Source: Thermocoleostomius sinensis A174
Lineage (GTDB): Bacteria > Cyanobacteriota > Cyanobacteriia > Elainellales > Elainellaceae
Reading direction: 5' to 3'
DNA length: 64,000 bases
Assembly: GCF_026802175.1 (NCBI RefSeq)
Contig: NZ_CP113797.1
Location: 719,026-783,025, forward strand
Shown: piece by piece, positions 31,461-40,449 of the stretch
Numbering within the stretch: position 1 is the first letter of the stretch
Layout: every line of letters starts with the position of its first letter
Position numbers and translations under genes: made by a program
Notes under the pieces: model-generated
What the model was told of the DNA's origin: nothing
What the model saw: the letters and a program-made list of their open reading frames with translations, nothing else
Databases searched by the model: none

Positions 31461-32540
31461 ATGGCCAACGCCGACAGTTCGTTACCACTCATCCAAACGA
31501 TCACCCCAGAACGCTGGGCAGGCTTGAGCATGGATTTTATTGCGGCTGGCTATGTGGGGCTGTTGGTGAAAAACGGGCAACTAGTACGGAGGCTGACACC
31601 GGGACGCCACTTCAGCTTTGCAATTCCCTGGATTGAGCAAGCGCAAATTATTTTGGTAGATACAAAGTTGCGCAACCTAGAAGTGATATCGCGGGGCGAT
31701 TTTCTATCGCTGGATCAGTATTTGGTGAATGTATCGTTGAGTGTGTTGTATCAGGTCATTGATCCAAAGCGAGTAGCCCTAGAAATTTCCGATCCGATCG
31801 CCGCCCTTACCAGTGCAGTGAAAGATACGCTGGGTGTGATTGTCAACCAGATGCGACTCAGTGATTTGGTACGGCAAGGCCGAGTCGATATTCGGCAACA
31901 TCTAATCAGCCATCTCGATTTCTACTCGATCGGATTTAATTTAGAAGATGTGCGGGTCGGCGATATCAGCTTTCCCCAAGCGCGCGGGGTGGTACGGCAA
32001 ATTGAAGGTTTGACGGCACGGGCAGAAGCTGAACATGAGATTGCTCTTCGATCCAAGATTGCGGAAAGTGACCAAACCATCCGATTGCAACTCAACCATG
32101 CCGAGTTAAACCAACGGGCTGAATCTGTTGTTCACCCGACGATCGCGGCCTCTGAGAATAGGGCTGCCCTCCCGCCGCACAATCGAGTGCCGCTACCACC
32201 TACCACCCTAGCCGATCCCTCACAAAGCGCGGCCACGGCGCGTCTAGTGCATCAGAGAACAGGTGCCATTGTACCCCTTTCGGTCAACCCCTTCACAATC
32301 GGACGCGAATTGGACAACAGCTTGGTTTCTGAAGATTCGCTCTGTTCACGACGACACGCCCGAATTGAACGAGTGTTGAATGCCGAGAACCATGTTCAGT
32401 ATCAATTAATTGACGTGGGCAGTTCCAATGGCACGTATGTCAGCAATCAACGCCTTGTGGCACAGCAGCCGATCGTTCTTAGCCCCGGTAGCCTAATTCG
32501 CATTGGTAACGACGAATGGCTCTTTGAAGCTGAAGTGTAA
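31461..32540 (+). CDS. SPFH/band-7 domain protein fused to a C-terminal FHA domain
   Basis: The N-terminal stomatin/prohibitin-like region (…AAGYVGLLVKNGQLVRRLTPG…) runs into a coiled-coil segment. The C-terminal FHA signature is …FTIGRELDNSLVSEDSLCSRRHARIE…GSSNGTYVSNQRL…. Confidence 0.7.
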   Translation: MANADSSLPLIQTITPERWAGLSMDFIAAGYVGLLVKNGQLVRRLTPGRHFSFAIPWIEQAQIILVDTKLRNLEVISRGDFLSLDQYLVNVSLSVLYQVIDPKRVALEISDPIAALTSAVKDTLGVIVNQMRLSDLVRQGRVDIRQHLISHLDFYSIGFNLEDVRVGDISFPQARGVVRQIEGLTARAEAEHEIALRSKIAESDQTIRLQLNHAELNQRAESVVHPTIAASENRAALPPHNRVPLPPTTLADPSQSAATARLVHQRTGAIVPLSVNPFTIGRELDNSLVSEDSLCSRRHARIERVLNAENHVQYQLIDVGSSNGTYVSNQRLVAQQPIVLSPGSLIRIGNDEWLFEAEV

Positions 32541-32693
32541 TGGGCAATGGCAGCCGTGATAACTAGATTTCTACTCCCGTTCTACTCCCCTCCTGTAAGG
32601 GTCGGGACGACAGTGGGGCTGTTTGGTTGCCAGCAATGGGAAATGTCATACAGAGCTTTGTGCAGAAATTATTCGCACGCTGGCAGCCATCGA

Positions 32694-35465
32694 TCAGGCT
32701 TGAAGGGCTTGCCAAACTCGTTCGGGGGTCATGGGCAGTTGTCTCAGGCGAACTCCGGTGGCATGGGCGATGGCGTTGGCAATCGCTGGGGCAATGCCGT
32801 TGACGCCGATTTCACCAATTCCTTTAGCTCCATGCGGCCCATGGGGATCGACGGTTTCCACCAGGATCACCTCCAGCGGCGGAATGTCTTTGGCTAGGGG
32901 CAAGCGATAGGTACGGGGGGCGGGATTGAGGGGATGTCCTTGCGCGTCCCGTTGCAGCATTTCGCTGAGGGCATAGCCAATGCCCATCACAGTTGCACCC
33001 TGAACTTGTCCTTCGCAAATGCGCGGATTAATCGCTTTGCCCAGATCGATCGCTTGCACACAGCGGAGTAGTTTAACCTTACCCGTTTCAACATCGACTT
33101 CCACATCAACCCCCACCGCCGCAAACGTCAACGAGGAACAATCAGCGGCATACTCTCGCTCTACTTCGAGGGGTGGCCCTTGGGCCACAGCTTCAGCAAG
33201 GGCCGTCAACGATAGCGATTCAGATTGGCTGATCACGGCATCCCTGGTGAGCGACAACGTTTCTACCGGTGAATGCAACATAGTAGCAGCCCGAGCAAGC
33301 AGGTGCGATCGCAGGGCTTCAGCCGTCAAGCGAATGGCTTGCCCCGAAATGTATAACGTAGCCGAAGCATAGGACCCTGCATCAAATGGAGTTTCGTGGG
33401 TATCAGCCGCAATGATGTCAATGCGATCGATTGTGGTAGCCAAAGCATCAGCCGCAATTTGTCGCAGGGTTGTATCTGATCCGGTTCCCACATCGACTGA
33501 TCCGGTGCGCAGTTCATAGCGTCCGTCTGGTTTTAAGCACATGCGGGCCCGGGCTAGGTGAATTTTGGCCAAGCCGCTGCCCTGCATGGCAATGGCAAAT
33601 CCTGTACCGCGCCGCAATGGGCCATCTACCACCGGAGTCGCATTCAGTTGAGCTTGAAAGGCATGAGCCACTCGATCTAACACCTCTGTTAAGCCATAGC
33701 TGCCGATCAGGTGGAAATGATGATCGGCTCCAATCAAAATCTCATCGTCGGCGGTAATTAGCTGCTGACGACGCAGATCGATCGGGTTTAGCCCTAGTTT
33801 GTCAGCAATTTCATCGAGCTGGCACTCCATGGCAAATACCCCCTGTGTGGCTCCATAGCCGCGAAATGCACCGCCCGGCATGGTGTTGGTATAGATGGAA
33901 TAACCTGTATAGCGCTGATTGGGACAGCCATAAATGCCCAGCGGCATACTGCCTGTCAAAAACACAACCTGTGTGCCGTGATTGCCATACGCGCCCGTAT
34001 TCGCCAGGGCTTCCATGTCGATCGCCGTTAACGTACCATTCCGCTTCACCCCCGTTTTTAGGTGAATTTGCATAGCGTGGCGACTGGTGGTAGCCGTGAA
34101 TTCTTCTTGGCGTGTCAGTTGCCACTGCACCGGACGCCCCGTTCGCAAGGTAGCCAAGACGCATAGATCTTCCAGCAAAATTTCCTGCTTGTTGCCAAAC
34201 CCACCACCAACTTTAGCTTTGAAGACGCGGATGTTTTCTTTGGGCAGATCGAATAGTTCCGATAGCACCCGCTGACAGTGAAACGGCACTTGTGTACTCG
34301 ATCGCACCATCACCGTACCGTCAGCATCAATCCAACTAATGCTGGCGTGCAACTCCAGATGAAAATGCTGGACGGCTGGCAGATAGTAGGTATTCTCGAC
34401 AATGAAATCAGCCTCGGCAAAGCCAGCATCCACATCGCCCCTGCTCATCACTACCTGTCCAGCAATGTTGCGAGCCGCATCATGAATTTGGCTAGAGTCG
34501 GCTTCGTCATGGATGATGGGCACGGGCGCTGCATCTATTGCCGAAACTGAGGATGCCACTCGCCCAATTGCCACTGCCGGATCGAGGACATGCGGCAATA
34601 TTTCGTAGTCTACTTCAATTAACTGACAGGCTTGTTCGGCAATGGCCACCGACTCTGCCACTACCGCTGCCACCCGATCGCCCACAAACCGGACTTTATT
34701 GTCGAGCAAGTAATGATCCAACGGATCGGGCACGGGTTCGCCATGACCTGCCGTGGAATAGGCGCGGCGCGGTACATCTGCATGGGTGAACACCGCATGA
34801 ACTCCCGGGAGTGTCTTGGCTTTCTCGGTGTTGATCGAGCGAATGCGGGCATGGGCGTGGGGCGATCGCAGGACTTTCAAATGCAGCAAACCTGGTGGGG
34901 CCCAGTCGGTCGTATAGATCGGTTTGCCAGTGACAATATCGGGGCCGTCCTGTTTGGGGATGTTTTGCCCAATTTGAGGGCAGGAGAAAGTCGGAAGTGG
35001 GGAGTCGGAAGTTGAAAGGGAGGGGTGTTTGGCGGCCAAGATGCTTTTGACGATCGCTTCATAGCCTGTGCAGCGGCAGAGATTGCCATCTAGAGACTGT
35101 CGGATGTCTTGCTCAGTCTCAACTGTCAGTTTTTCGGCTGACATAATCATACCGGGGGTGCAGTAGCCACACTGAAAGCCTTGGTTTTCCAGAAACGCGA
35201 CTTGAATCGGGGCAAGTTCGCCGTTGGGTGCTAATCCTTCAATTGTGGTAATGGAGCGATCGATCGCGTGAACTGCTGGATAAATGCAGCTATGCACCGG
35301 AACATCATCCACCCAAACAGTGCAACTGCCGCAATCGCCCGATTCACAGACACGATGCGCTCCATACCAACCTTGCTGTTGTAATACGGTCAATAGTGAC
35401 GTGCCCGGTGTGCAATCAGTCGAGTGGACTTGCCCATTTACCTGCAAATCAAGCGATTCTGTCAT
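32694..35465 (-). CDS. Molybdopterin-dependent aldehyde oxidoreductase / xanthine dehydrogenase family protein: N-terminal [2Fe-2S] domain fused to aldehyde-oxidase/XDH Moco-binding domains, no FAD module
   Basis: The N-terminal 2Fe-2S motifs …CESGDCGSCTV… and …CGYCTPGMI…C…C…, then an a/b hammerhead and large Moco domains. 923 aa. Confidence 0.85.
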   Translation of the reverse strand: MTESLDLQVNGQVHSTDCTPGTSLLTVLQQQGWYGAHRVCESGDCGSCTVWVDDVPVHSCIYPAVHAIDRSITTIEGLAPNGELAPIQVAFLENQGFQCGYCTPGMIMSAEKLTVETEQDIRQSLDGNLCRCTGYEAIVKSILAAKHPSLSTSDSPLPTFSCPQIGQNIPKQDGPDIVTGKPIYTTDWAPPGLLHLKVLRSPHAHARIRSINTEKAKTLPGVHAVFTHADVPRRAYSTAGHGEPVPDPLDHYLLDNKVRFVGDRVAAVVAESVAIAEQACQLIEVDYEILPHVLDPAVAIGRVASSVSAIDAAPVPIIHDEADSSQIHDAARNIAGQVVMSRGDVDAGFAEADFIVENTYYLPAVQHFHLELHASISWIDADGTVMVRSSTQVPFHCQRVLSELFDLPKENIRVFKAKVGGGFGNKQEILLEDLCVLATLRTGRPVQWQLTRQEEFTATTSRHAMQIHLKTGVKRNGTLTAIDMEALANTGAYGNHGTQVVFLTGSMPLGIYGCPNQRYTGYSIYTNTMPGGAFRGYGATQGVFAMECQLDEIADKLGLNPIDLRRQQLITADDEILIGADHHFHLIGSYGLTEVLDRVAHAFQAQLNATPVVDGPLRRGTGFAIAMQGSGLAKIHLARARMCLKPDGRYELRTGSVDVGTGSDTTLRQIAADALATTIDRIDIIAADTHETPFDAGSYASATLYISGQAIRLTAEALRSHLLARAATMLHSPVETLSLTRDAVISQSESLSLTALAEAVAQGPPLEVEREYAADCSSLTFAAVGVDVEVDVETGKVKLLRCVQAIDLGKAINPRICEGQVQGATVMGIGYALSEMLQRDAQGHPLNPAPRTYRLPLAKDIPPLEVILVETVDPHGPHGAKGIGEIGVNGIAPAIANAIAHATGVRLRQLPMTPERVWQALQA

Positions 35466-35631
35466 AATGGTTTATGCATAAAATCATGATGCTCTCATAG
35501 GACGCTACAACTCCTCATTCCCCCTGCGCAGTAGCAGTAGACACAGTCAAGCAAGGTTGCCATATTTGTAATTGGGCGTGTTATGCAGAGGGAGCAGTTC
35601 GCGAACTGTCTTTGCAGGCGGGTTAGATATC

Positions 35632-36630
35632 TTAGTCGATCAGCAAGACAAGTTTACCCATCATGCTCCCACTCTCTAAGCACTGATGGGCAGCGGCGGC
35701 TTGATCCAAGGAAAAAGTTTGCCCCACGTGAATAGTTAATTGGCCTTGATCGATCAACCGGGCACACTGGCGCAAAATCTTGGCTTGTTCCTGTTGGGCC
35801 TTCACCAATCCCTTCAACATAGGGGTCAGCATCAATTCAAAACTGACGCGCAGATTGCGATCGCGGGCCGTTTTCCAATCCGTATTGGTATTGGGAGCCA
35901 AGAGCGTTACCACATCCCCATACACGCTAGTAGCCGCAAAGCTCTGCGACAACACCGCACCGCCCACCGTATCAAACGCCAGATCGACGCCTTCACCTTT
36001 TGTCCAGTGCAGTACTGCATCCACTGGATCAACCTGCTTGTAGAGAATCGGTTGATCGGCTCCCAACTGCGTGACAAATTCTGCCTTTTCTGGAGAACTC
36101 ACCGTCGTACACACCGTCGCACCTGCCAGCTTTGCCAGTTGGATGGCTACATGACCAACACCGCCCGCACCTGCCTGAATTAACACCTGTTGCCCTGCTT
36201 CCAACCGTCCTCGATCGTACAATGCTTCCCAAGCTGTAATTAGCACCAACGGGGCAGCTGCCGCTTCAGCAAAACTAATCGATTTAGGCTTGTGGGCAAC
36301 AAACTGCTGATCGACGATCGCATATTCGGCATAGTTGCCCGGATGTCCACCTAATCCGCCGTTGCAGAAATACACGGCATCTCCAACTCGAAACTGCTGC
36401 ACGGCCGATCCCACGGCTTCCACAATCCCTGCCCCATCACAGCCCAAAACGGCTGGCATTCGATCGGGATAAAAAGTTCCGCGTTGCCGCAATTTTGTAT
36501 CGATCGGATTTACACCCGCTGCTTTGAGGCGCACTAGCAGTTGCGTGTCTTGTTCCAGGATGGGGGTGGGTAATGTTTGCACCTGTAATACATCAGGGCT
36601 ACCGATGGCGGTCATTAAAATAGCTTTCAC
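35632..36630 (-). CDS. Zinc-type alcohol dehydrogenase-like / NADPH:quinone oxidoreductase (MDR superfamily)
   Basis: A GroES-like N-terminal domain and Rossmann fold motif …IQAGAGGVGHVAIQLAKLAG…. The GTG at 36630 (MKAILMTAIG…) with GAGGG 8 nt upstream is preferred over the TTG at 36648. Confidence 0.8.
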   Translation of the reverse strand: MKAILMTAIGSPDVLQVQTLPTPILEQDTQLLVRLKAAGVNPIDTKLRQRGTFYPDRMPAVLGCDGAGIVEAVGSAVQQFRVGDAVYFCNGGLGGHPGNYAEYAIVDQQFVAHKPKSISFAEAAAAPLVLITAWEALYDRGRLEAGQQVLIQAGAGGVGHVAIQLAKLAGATVCTTVSSPEKAEFVTQLGADQPILYKQVDPVDAVLHWTKGEGVDLAFDTVGGAVLSQSFAATSVYGDVVTLLAPNTNTDWKTARDRNLRVSFELMLTPMLKGLVKAQQEQAKILRQCARLIDQGQLTIHVGQTFSLDQAAAAHQCLESGSMMGKLVLLID

Positions 36631-36766
36631 GATCGACCCTCGCTGCAATCATCAGTTACTTAGCATACTGAATGATCGAGAGGGAGGTAATGGGTAATGG
36701 GTAATAGTAATTTGTGAAGATGTAGGGATGTACAATTACAATTACCGATTACCCAATTCCAAGTTT

Positions 36767-37099
36767 CTAATGCGCCACACTGTCTACGCTGAGGGGCACT
36801 ATTTCGCCGTGTGTGGTTAACCCCAATAACATTGGCTGTTGCGGTTGAATAATTGCACCTGTGAGCATACACCGTTCTTCTTGTTGAGCAACGGCGGACA
36901 TGGTTGCGCGAATGTCCGATCGATTTAACTGTGGATAATCTCCGGATTTTTGCTGCACATAATTCCATAACACATCTCGAATCAGGGCCTGATAGCCTTG
37001 GTTGCCTGCCAGTTCTTTAAGCTTTTCTTTCAATTCTCGCTCTAGCCGAATGCTCGTCACTTCCATCTCGGTCGTTGCAGTGCGGTTAATGGTGTACAT
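36767..37099 (-). CDS. Ribbon-helix-helix (CopG/BrnA-like) DNA-binding protein with a 50-aa C-terminal extension
   Basis: …TSIRLERELKEKLKELAGNQGYQALIRDVLWNYVQ… matches the RHH/BrnA-antitoxin-like fold pattern. A strong SD (AAGGAGGAAAAAG) sits before the ATG at 37099. It lies directly upstream of, and co-directional with, the MDR and aldehyde oxidoreductase genes. Confidence 0.6.
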   Translation of the reverse strand: MYTINRTATTEMEVTSIRLERELKEKLKELAGNQGYQALIRDVLWNYVQQKSGDYPQLNRSDIRATMSAVAQQEERCMLTGAIIQPQQPMLLGLTTHGEIVPLSVDSVAH

Positions 37100-37227
37100 C
37101 TTTTTCCTCCTTTTCAGGACACGTTCTGGGTTATGGAACTTATTGACCGAAAGTCTGGACACTCTCGTAATACAAGTGTAGTATGTAAAAAGCTAGATGC
37201 AAACTGTACTTTCCGTGAGGCGGAACC

Positions 37228-37635
37228 ATGACTAAGGCAATCTTTGCGGTTTCACAGCAGTCCACGATTCATGGTGCTGGTGACAGCATGGTGGCTGTTT
37301 TGGAGCATCGCTTCTCAGGTGGTCATGGTATGCCGTGCACGATCGCCCCCCCTAGCGGTAATCCAATCCTGTCACCCCTAGCCCTGCTACAGCGTGACAT
37401 TGTCCCTATTATTTCCCCTCTGGTTTCGGTCGAGGGCGGAATTGATGGCGAGGTCAATGATGGCGCTGTTTTCACCGGCATAGATTTTATTCCAGCGTTC
37501 ATCGCTAATGTTGTCTCCGATTGTGGAGCGTTCGATCGATGGCGCAAGGGGCTGGCTCGATACCAGCTAGGCGGCACGCACAAACACAGAAGCGGGAGGT
37601 ACAGCCATGCTAGCCTTGTACCCGAACAGAACTAG
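37228..37635 (+). CDS. Hypothetical protein, 135 aa
   Basis: An ORF with a GAGG motif 8 nt upstream of the ATG, followed by a GC-rich stem-loop terminator at 37658-37690. No family recognised. Confidence 0.3.
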   Translation: MTKAIFAVSQQSTIHGAGDSMVAVLEHRFSGGHGMPCTIAPPSGNPILSPLALLQRDIVPIISPLVSVEGGIDGEVNDGAVFTGIDFIPAFIANVVSDCGAFDRWRKGLARYQLGGTHKHRSGRYSHASLVPEQN

Positions 37636-37657
37636 AACGCCATTGTTGGTTCTTTTG

Positions 37658-37690
37658 CCCCCGCTTCTACTCACCGAAAGCGGGGGTTCT
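37658..37690 (+). terminator. Putative intrinsic terminator: 9-bp GC-rich stem CCCCCGCTT / AAGCGGGGG, 11-nt loop, then TTCTT
   Basis: A perfect inverted repeat is visible at 37658-37666 and 37678-37686, followed by a T-rich tract, 23 nt after the 37228-37635 stop. Confidence 0.45.
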
Positions 37691-37831
37691 TGACCGATCC
37701 AGGCAACTTCAAGCTTTCGATGACAGCGTAATAATTGCGTCACTGATGTAGATCGGAAGATGGGATTGATACACCGTCTTCCTCCGAACCCACTTCACCA
37801 AGTACTTAAACATTGATGGAGTCTCTCGGTC

Positions 37832-38221
37832 ATGCTGAAAGTTGCCTATACTGAAAGCGGCTTGCACATCGAACGGTTGAATCAGTCTGTTGAAGAGTGG
37901 ATTTCACTACGAGTTGTTCTAGCGTTGCGAACCAATCGACGGCTAATGGTTGAACATGGCCGGGCATCCATTCTGCTACCCATGTCGTTGCCCAGCTTGC
38001 CCAGTTTAGAAACATATCTCAAACCAGAGGAAGTAGAAACAATCGCCATCTCGATCTGCGATGACGAGTTTGTGGAAATTAGTCTGCAAGGAATCTGGAT
38101 TAGTTCTTGCATGAGCGAAGCCGAAGGAATGTTTGTGGTGGCCCTTAGCCCCCGAACAGAACTGGTTTTGCTTCAACTGTGGCAAGCGTCGCAAACTTGT
38201 ACGTTTCCGATTTGGCGATGA
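37832..38221 (+). CDS. Hypothetical protein, 129 aa
   Basis: An ORF with GGAG about 11 nt upstream of the ATG. No recognisable domain. Confidence 0.4.
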   Translation: MLKVAYTESGLHIERLNQSVEEWISLRVVLALRTNRRLMVEHGRASILLPMSLPSLPSLETYLKPEEVETIAISICDDEFVEISLQGIWISSCMSEAEGMFVVALSPRTELVLLQLWQASQTCTFPIWR

Positions 38222-38226
38222 TTTGA

Positions 38227-38658
38227 CTAGTTAGACGGTTCAGCCGCATCGGAACCAGCCTCAATCGCGGGTTCTTCGGTTGCAGCCACAGGGTCTGCTT
38301 CAACGTCTGCTTCAATATCCCCCGCTTCGCCTGTCTCAATCGGGGACGGCGGAGCCTCTTCCACAGGAGGCTTAGACTGGGTTGGTTTTGGGCCACGCAT
38401 TAGTGCCAAATTCACGGGGGGTTTGTCATCTGATTTGCCTTCCTTTCTGCCACCTTTGCCTCTGCGCCGATCGCGATCGTTATCTCGGCTATTATCTCGA
38501 TTAGGTCGCTCACCGCCAGACCGATTGGGACGGGACGATCGAGTGGGGCGGGAACCAGATTCTCGATCATCGGCAGATGGCTGAGTCGCAGGCTCCTCAT
38601 GTCCGCCAGCAGCTTCTTTTGCCAGTCGTTCCGACTTTTTGATGGGACGCTCTACCAT
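38227..38658 (-). CDS. Hypothetical highly charged, low-complexity (intrinsically disordered) protein, 143 aa
   Basis: The longest ORF in the region. Composition is Arg/Asp/Ser/Gly/Pro/Glu-rich (…RPNRDNSRDNDRDRRRGKGGRKEGK…). No SD before the start. Confidence 0.3.
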   Translation of the reverse strand: MVERPIKKSERLAKEAAGGHEEPATQPSADDRESGSRPTRSSRPNRSGGERPNRDNSRDNDRDRRRGKGGRKEGKSDDKPPVNLALMRGPKPTQSKPPVEEAPPSPIETGEAGDIEADVEADPVAATEEPAIEAGSDAAEPSN

Positions 38659-39474
38659 TGTTATTTTTTAAGTTCTGTTAACTACTAGTATCCTACCTTG
38701 CCTGTAGGCCCAACTGGCATAAGAACCAAATTTTGCGCAGGTTGAAACCGAAATGAGATAGTTTCCGAAATCGCATGTAACCCAATTGTATTATCTTGTA
38801 CTACAATTAAGACTGAACTTGTTGAACCTTAAAGCCACACTTTGCTTGTTTTCTGCCTATTGTCTTGATTCTGTTTACATTTTGTTTACTGATTCGTCTA
38901 CTTCTTTTGCTCACCCAAATTCATTACCAAATTATCGCGAGATTTCGAAATGCTGAAGCATTAGGTTGTAGCTTAAGTTACAAAGAGTGTAACTTATTTT
39001 CTGGTCTACAGTTTCCGAAAAATCGAGCTTAAGGACAGCTTCAGCTATTAACTTCGATCGTCGATGCTTCAATCTTTCGCTTCCGTTGTTTTGCAGCTTT
39101 TGTTCCCCATTGGAGATGACTATGTTACTACTATATGTACGCTTGCATTGGCGGGAGCGTCAACCTTCTTCTCCACAGAAGAATTGCTCTGACCAAGATT
39201 ACTCACTCAAGTCTGTCGAGCGGAACCACCTATCTCAAAAGGCGCATCAATCGATGGTGAACAAATTGCGCCAAGTTGAATCGAATTATGCGTTGAATCG
39301 TCGGCTGTTTCTGTAAATGGTTCTTCTTTGTAGTTCCGTAGGGTGGGTACTGCCCACCTTATACCAATTTCTAAAAATCGACGAGCATCTCTTTGCACAA
39401 CCGATCGACCGATCGACATGTATCAGTTTTGTTTTTACAACCATGCAATTTGCACCAGTCATCAACGGTGACAA

Positions 39475-40446
39475 GTGATGATCACTTTACTAGCACGTTC
39501 TTACGCAAACGAACGCGATCTACAACCAATCGCTGATTTATTGAACACATGCGAGGCGATCGATCGCGAAGAAAATTATTACTCCACAATAGAATTGCAA
39601 CAACAAGTTACAAGCCCAGATTGCAACCCCGATCGTGACCTGCGGTTGTGGTATGACAACAGCGGACAACTGATTGCATTTGGACAATTGTGGATTCCTT
39701 CCAGTGCACTTAATACAGCCGGACAGGTAGATAGTTCGTTGTGGTTTCGCGTCCATCCTGACTTTCGCTGCCAAGGATTAGAAGCTGAAATCATCACTTG
39801 GGCAGAAGCGGTACTGCGGGACGTGGCGGCGGACGGTGTGCCACTGAAACTCCTAACTCCCTGTCGATCGCAGCAGCAACATTCCCGAACCCTGCTGGAA
39901 CAGCACGGATTCACAATCGAGCGGCAATTTTCGCGCATGAGGCGATCGTTGCATGAGCCAATTCCGCTGCTGCAACTGCCCAATGGCTTTACGCTGAAAA
40001 CGGGCACTGAGTTTGACTTTGCTGCTTGGGTGGAAATGTTTAACCAAACCTTCGTAGATCATTGGAATTTTCATCCCTTGACGATCGAAGAATTCAAGCA
40101 CGAGATTTTGAACGATCCCCGTTATCGTCCTGACCTAGATTTAGCGGCTGTAGCGGCTGATGGAACCTATGCCGCCTTTTGCTATGGCTGGATTGACCCT
40201 GAAACCAACCAGCAACAAAATCGCCTAGAGGGGCACATCAGCGCACTGGGAACTCGACGAGAGTTCCGTCGCTTGGGGTTGGGGCGAGCCATGCTGCTAG
40301 CGGCACTGCGGCGCCTAAAGGCAGCAGGCATGGAGATTGCTAGCCTGAATGTGGATGAACAGAATTCCAATCAGGCTCAGCAGCTATATCACTCTGTGGG
40401 GTTTCGTCCGCATCACACCACGCTGCATTACAGCAAATGTCTGTAG
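39475..40446 (+). CDS. Tandem-GNAT acetyltransferase (two GNAT domains, MshD-like architecture)
   Basis: 323 aa. The C-terminal domain has the acetyl-CoA motif …FRRLGLGRAMLLAALRRLKAAG…. The N-terminal domain is a degenerate GNAT fold. Confidence 0.7.
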   Translation: MMITLLARSYANERDLQPIADLLNTCEAIDREENYYSTIELQQQVTSPDCNPDRDLRLWYDNSGQLIAFGQLWIPSSALNTAGQVDSSLWFRVHPDFRCQGLEAEIITWAEAVLRDVAADGVPLKLLTPCRSQQQHSRTLLEQHGFTIERQFSRMRRSLHEPIPLLQLPNGFTLKTGTEFDFAAWVEMFNQTFVDHWNFHPLTIEEFKHEILNDPRYRPDLDLAAVAADGTYAAFCYGWIDPETNQQQNRLEGHISALGTRREFRRLGLGRAMLLAALRRLKAAGMEIASLNVDEQNSNQAQQLYHSVGFRPHHTTLHYSKCL

Positions 40447-40449
40447 TGC

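Noticed and set aside
35740-36232. Plus-strand ORFs (147 and 87 aa) and a minus-strand 67-aa ORF overlapping the MDR dehydrogenase gene
   Set aside because: Shadow ORFs of a well-supported gene, with Arg/His/Cys-rich nonsense composition.
36767-37800. A BrnT/BrnA or other type II toxin-antitoxin pair around the RHH (BrnA-like) gene
   Set aside because: No small RelE/BrnT/DUF497-like ORF lies adjacent on either side. The RHH gene is co-directional with, and directly upstream of, metabolic genes, so a stand-alone transcriptional regulator is more likely.
39086-39316. A 76-aa ORF in the AT-rich gap, followed by a hairpin (39337-39357)
   Set aside because: Cys/Leu-rich odd composition and no SD. 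The hairpin is noted under the gap-region finding, but the ORF itself is not convincing as a gene.
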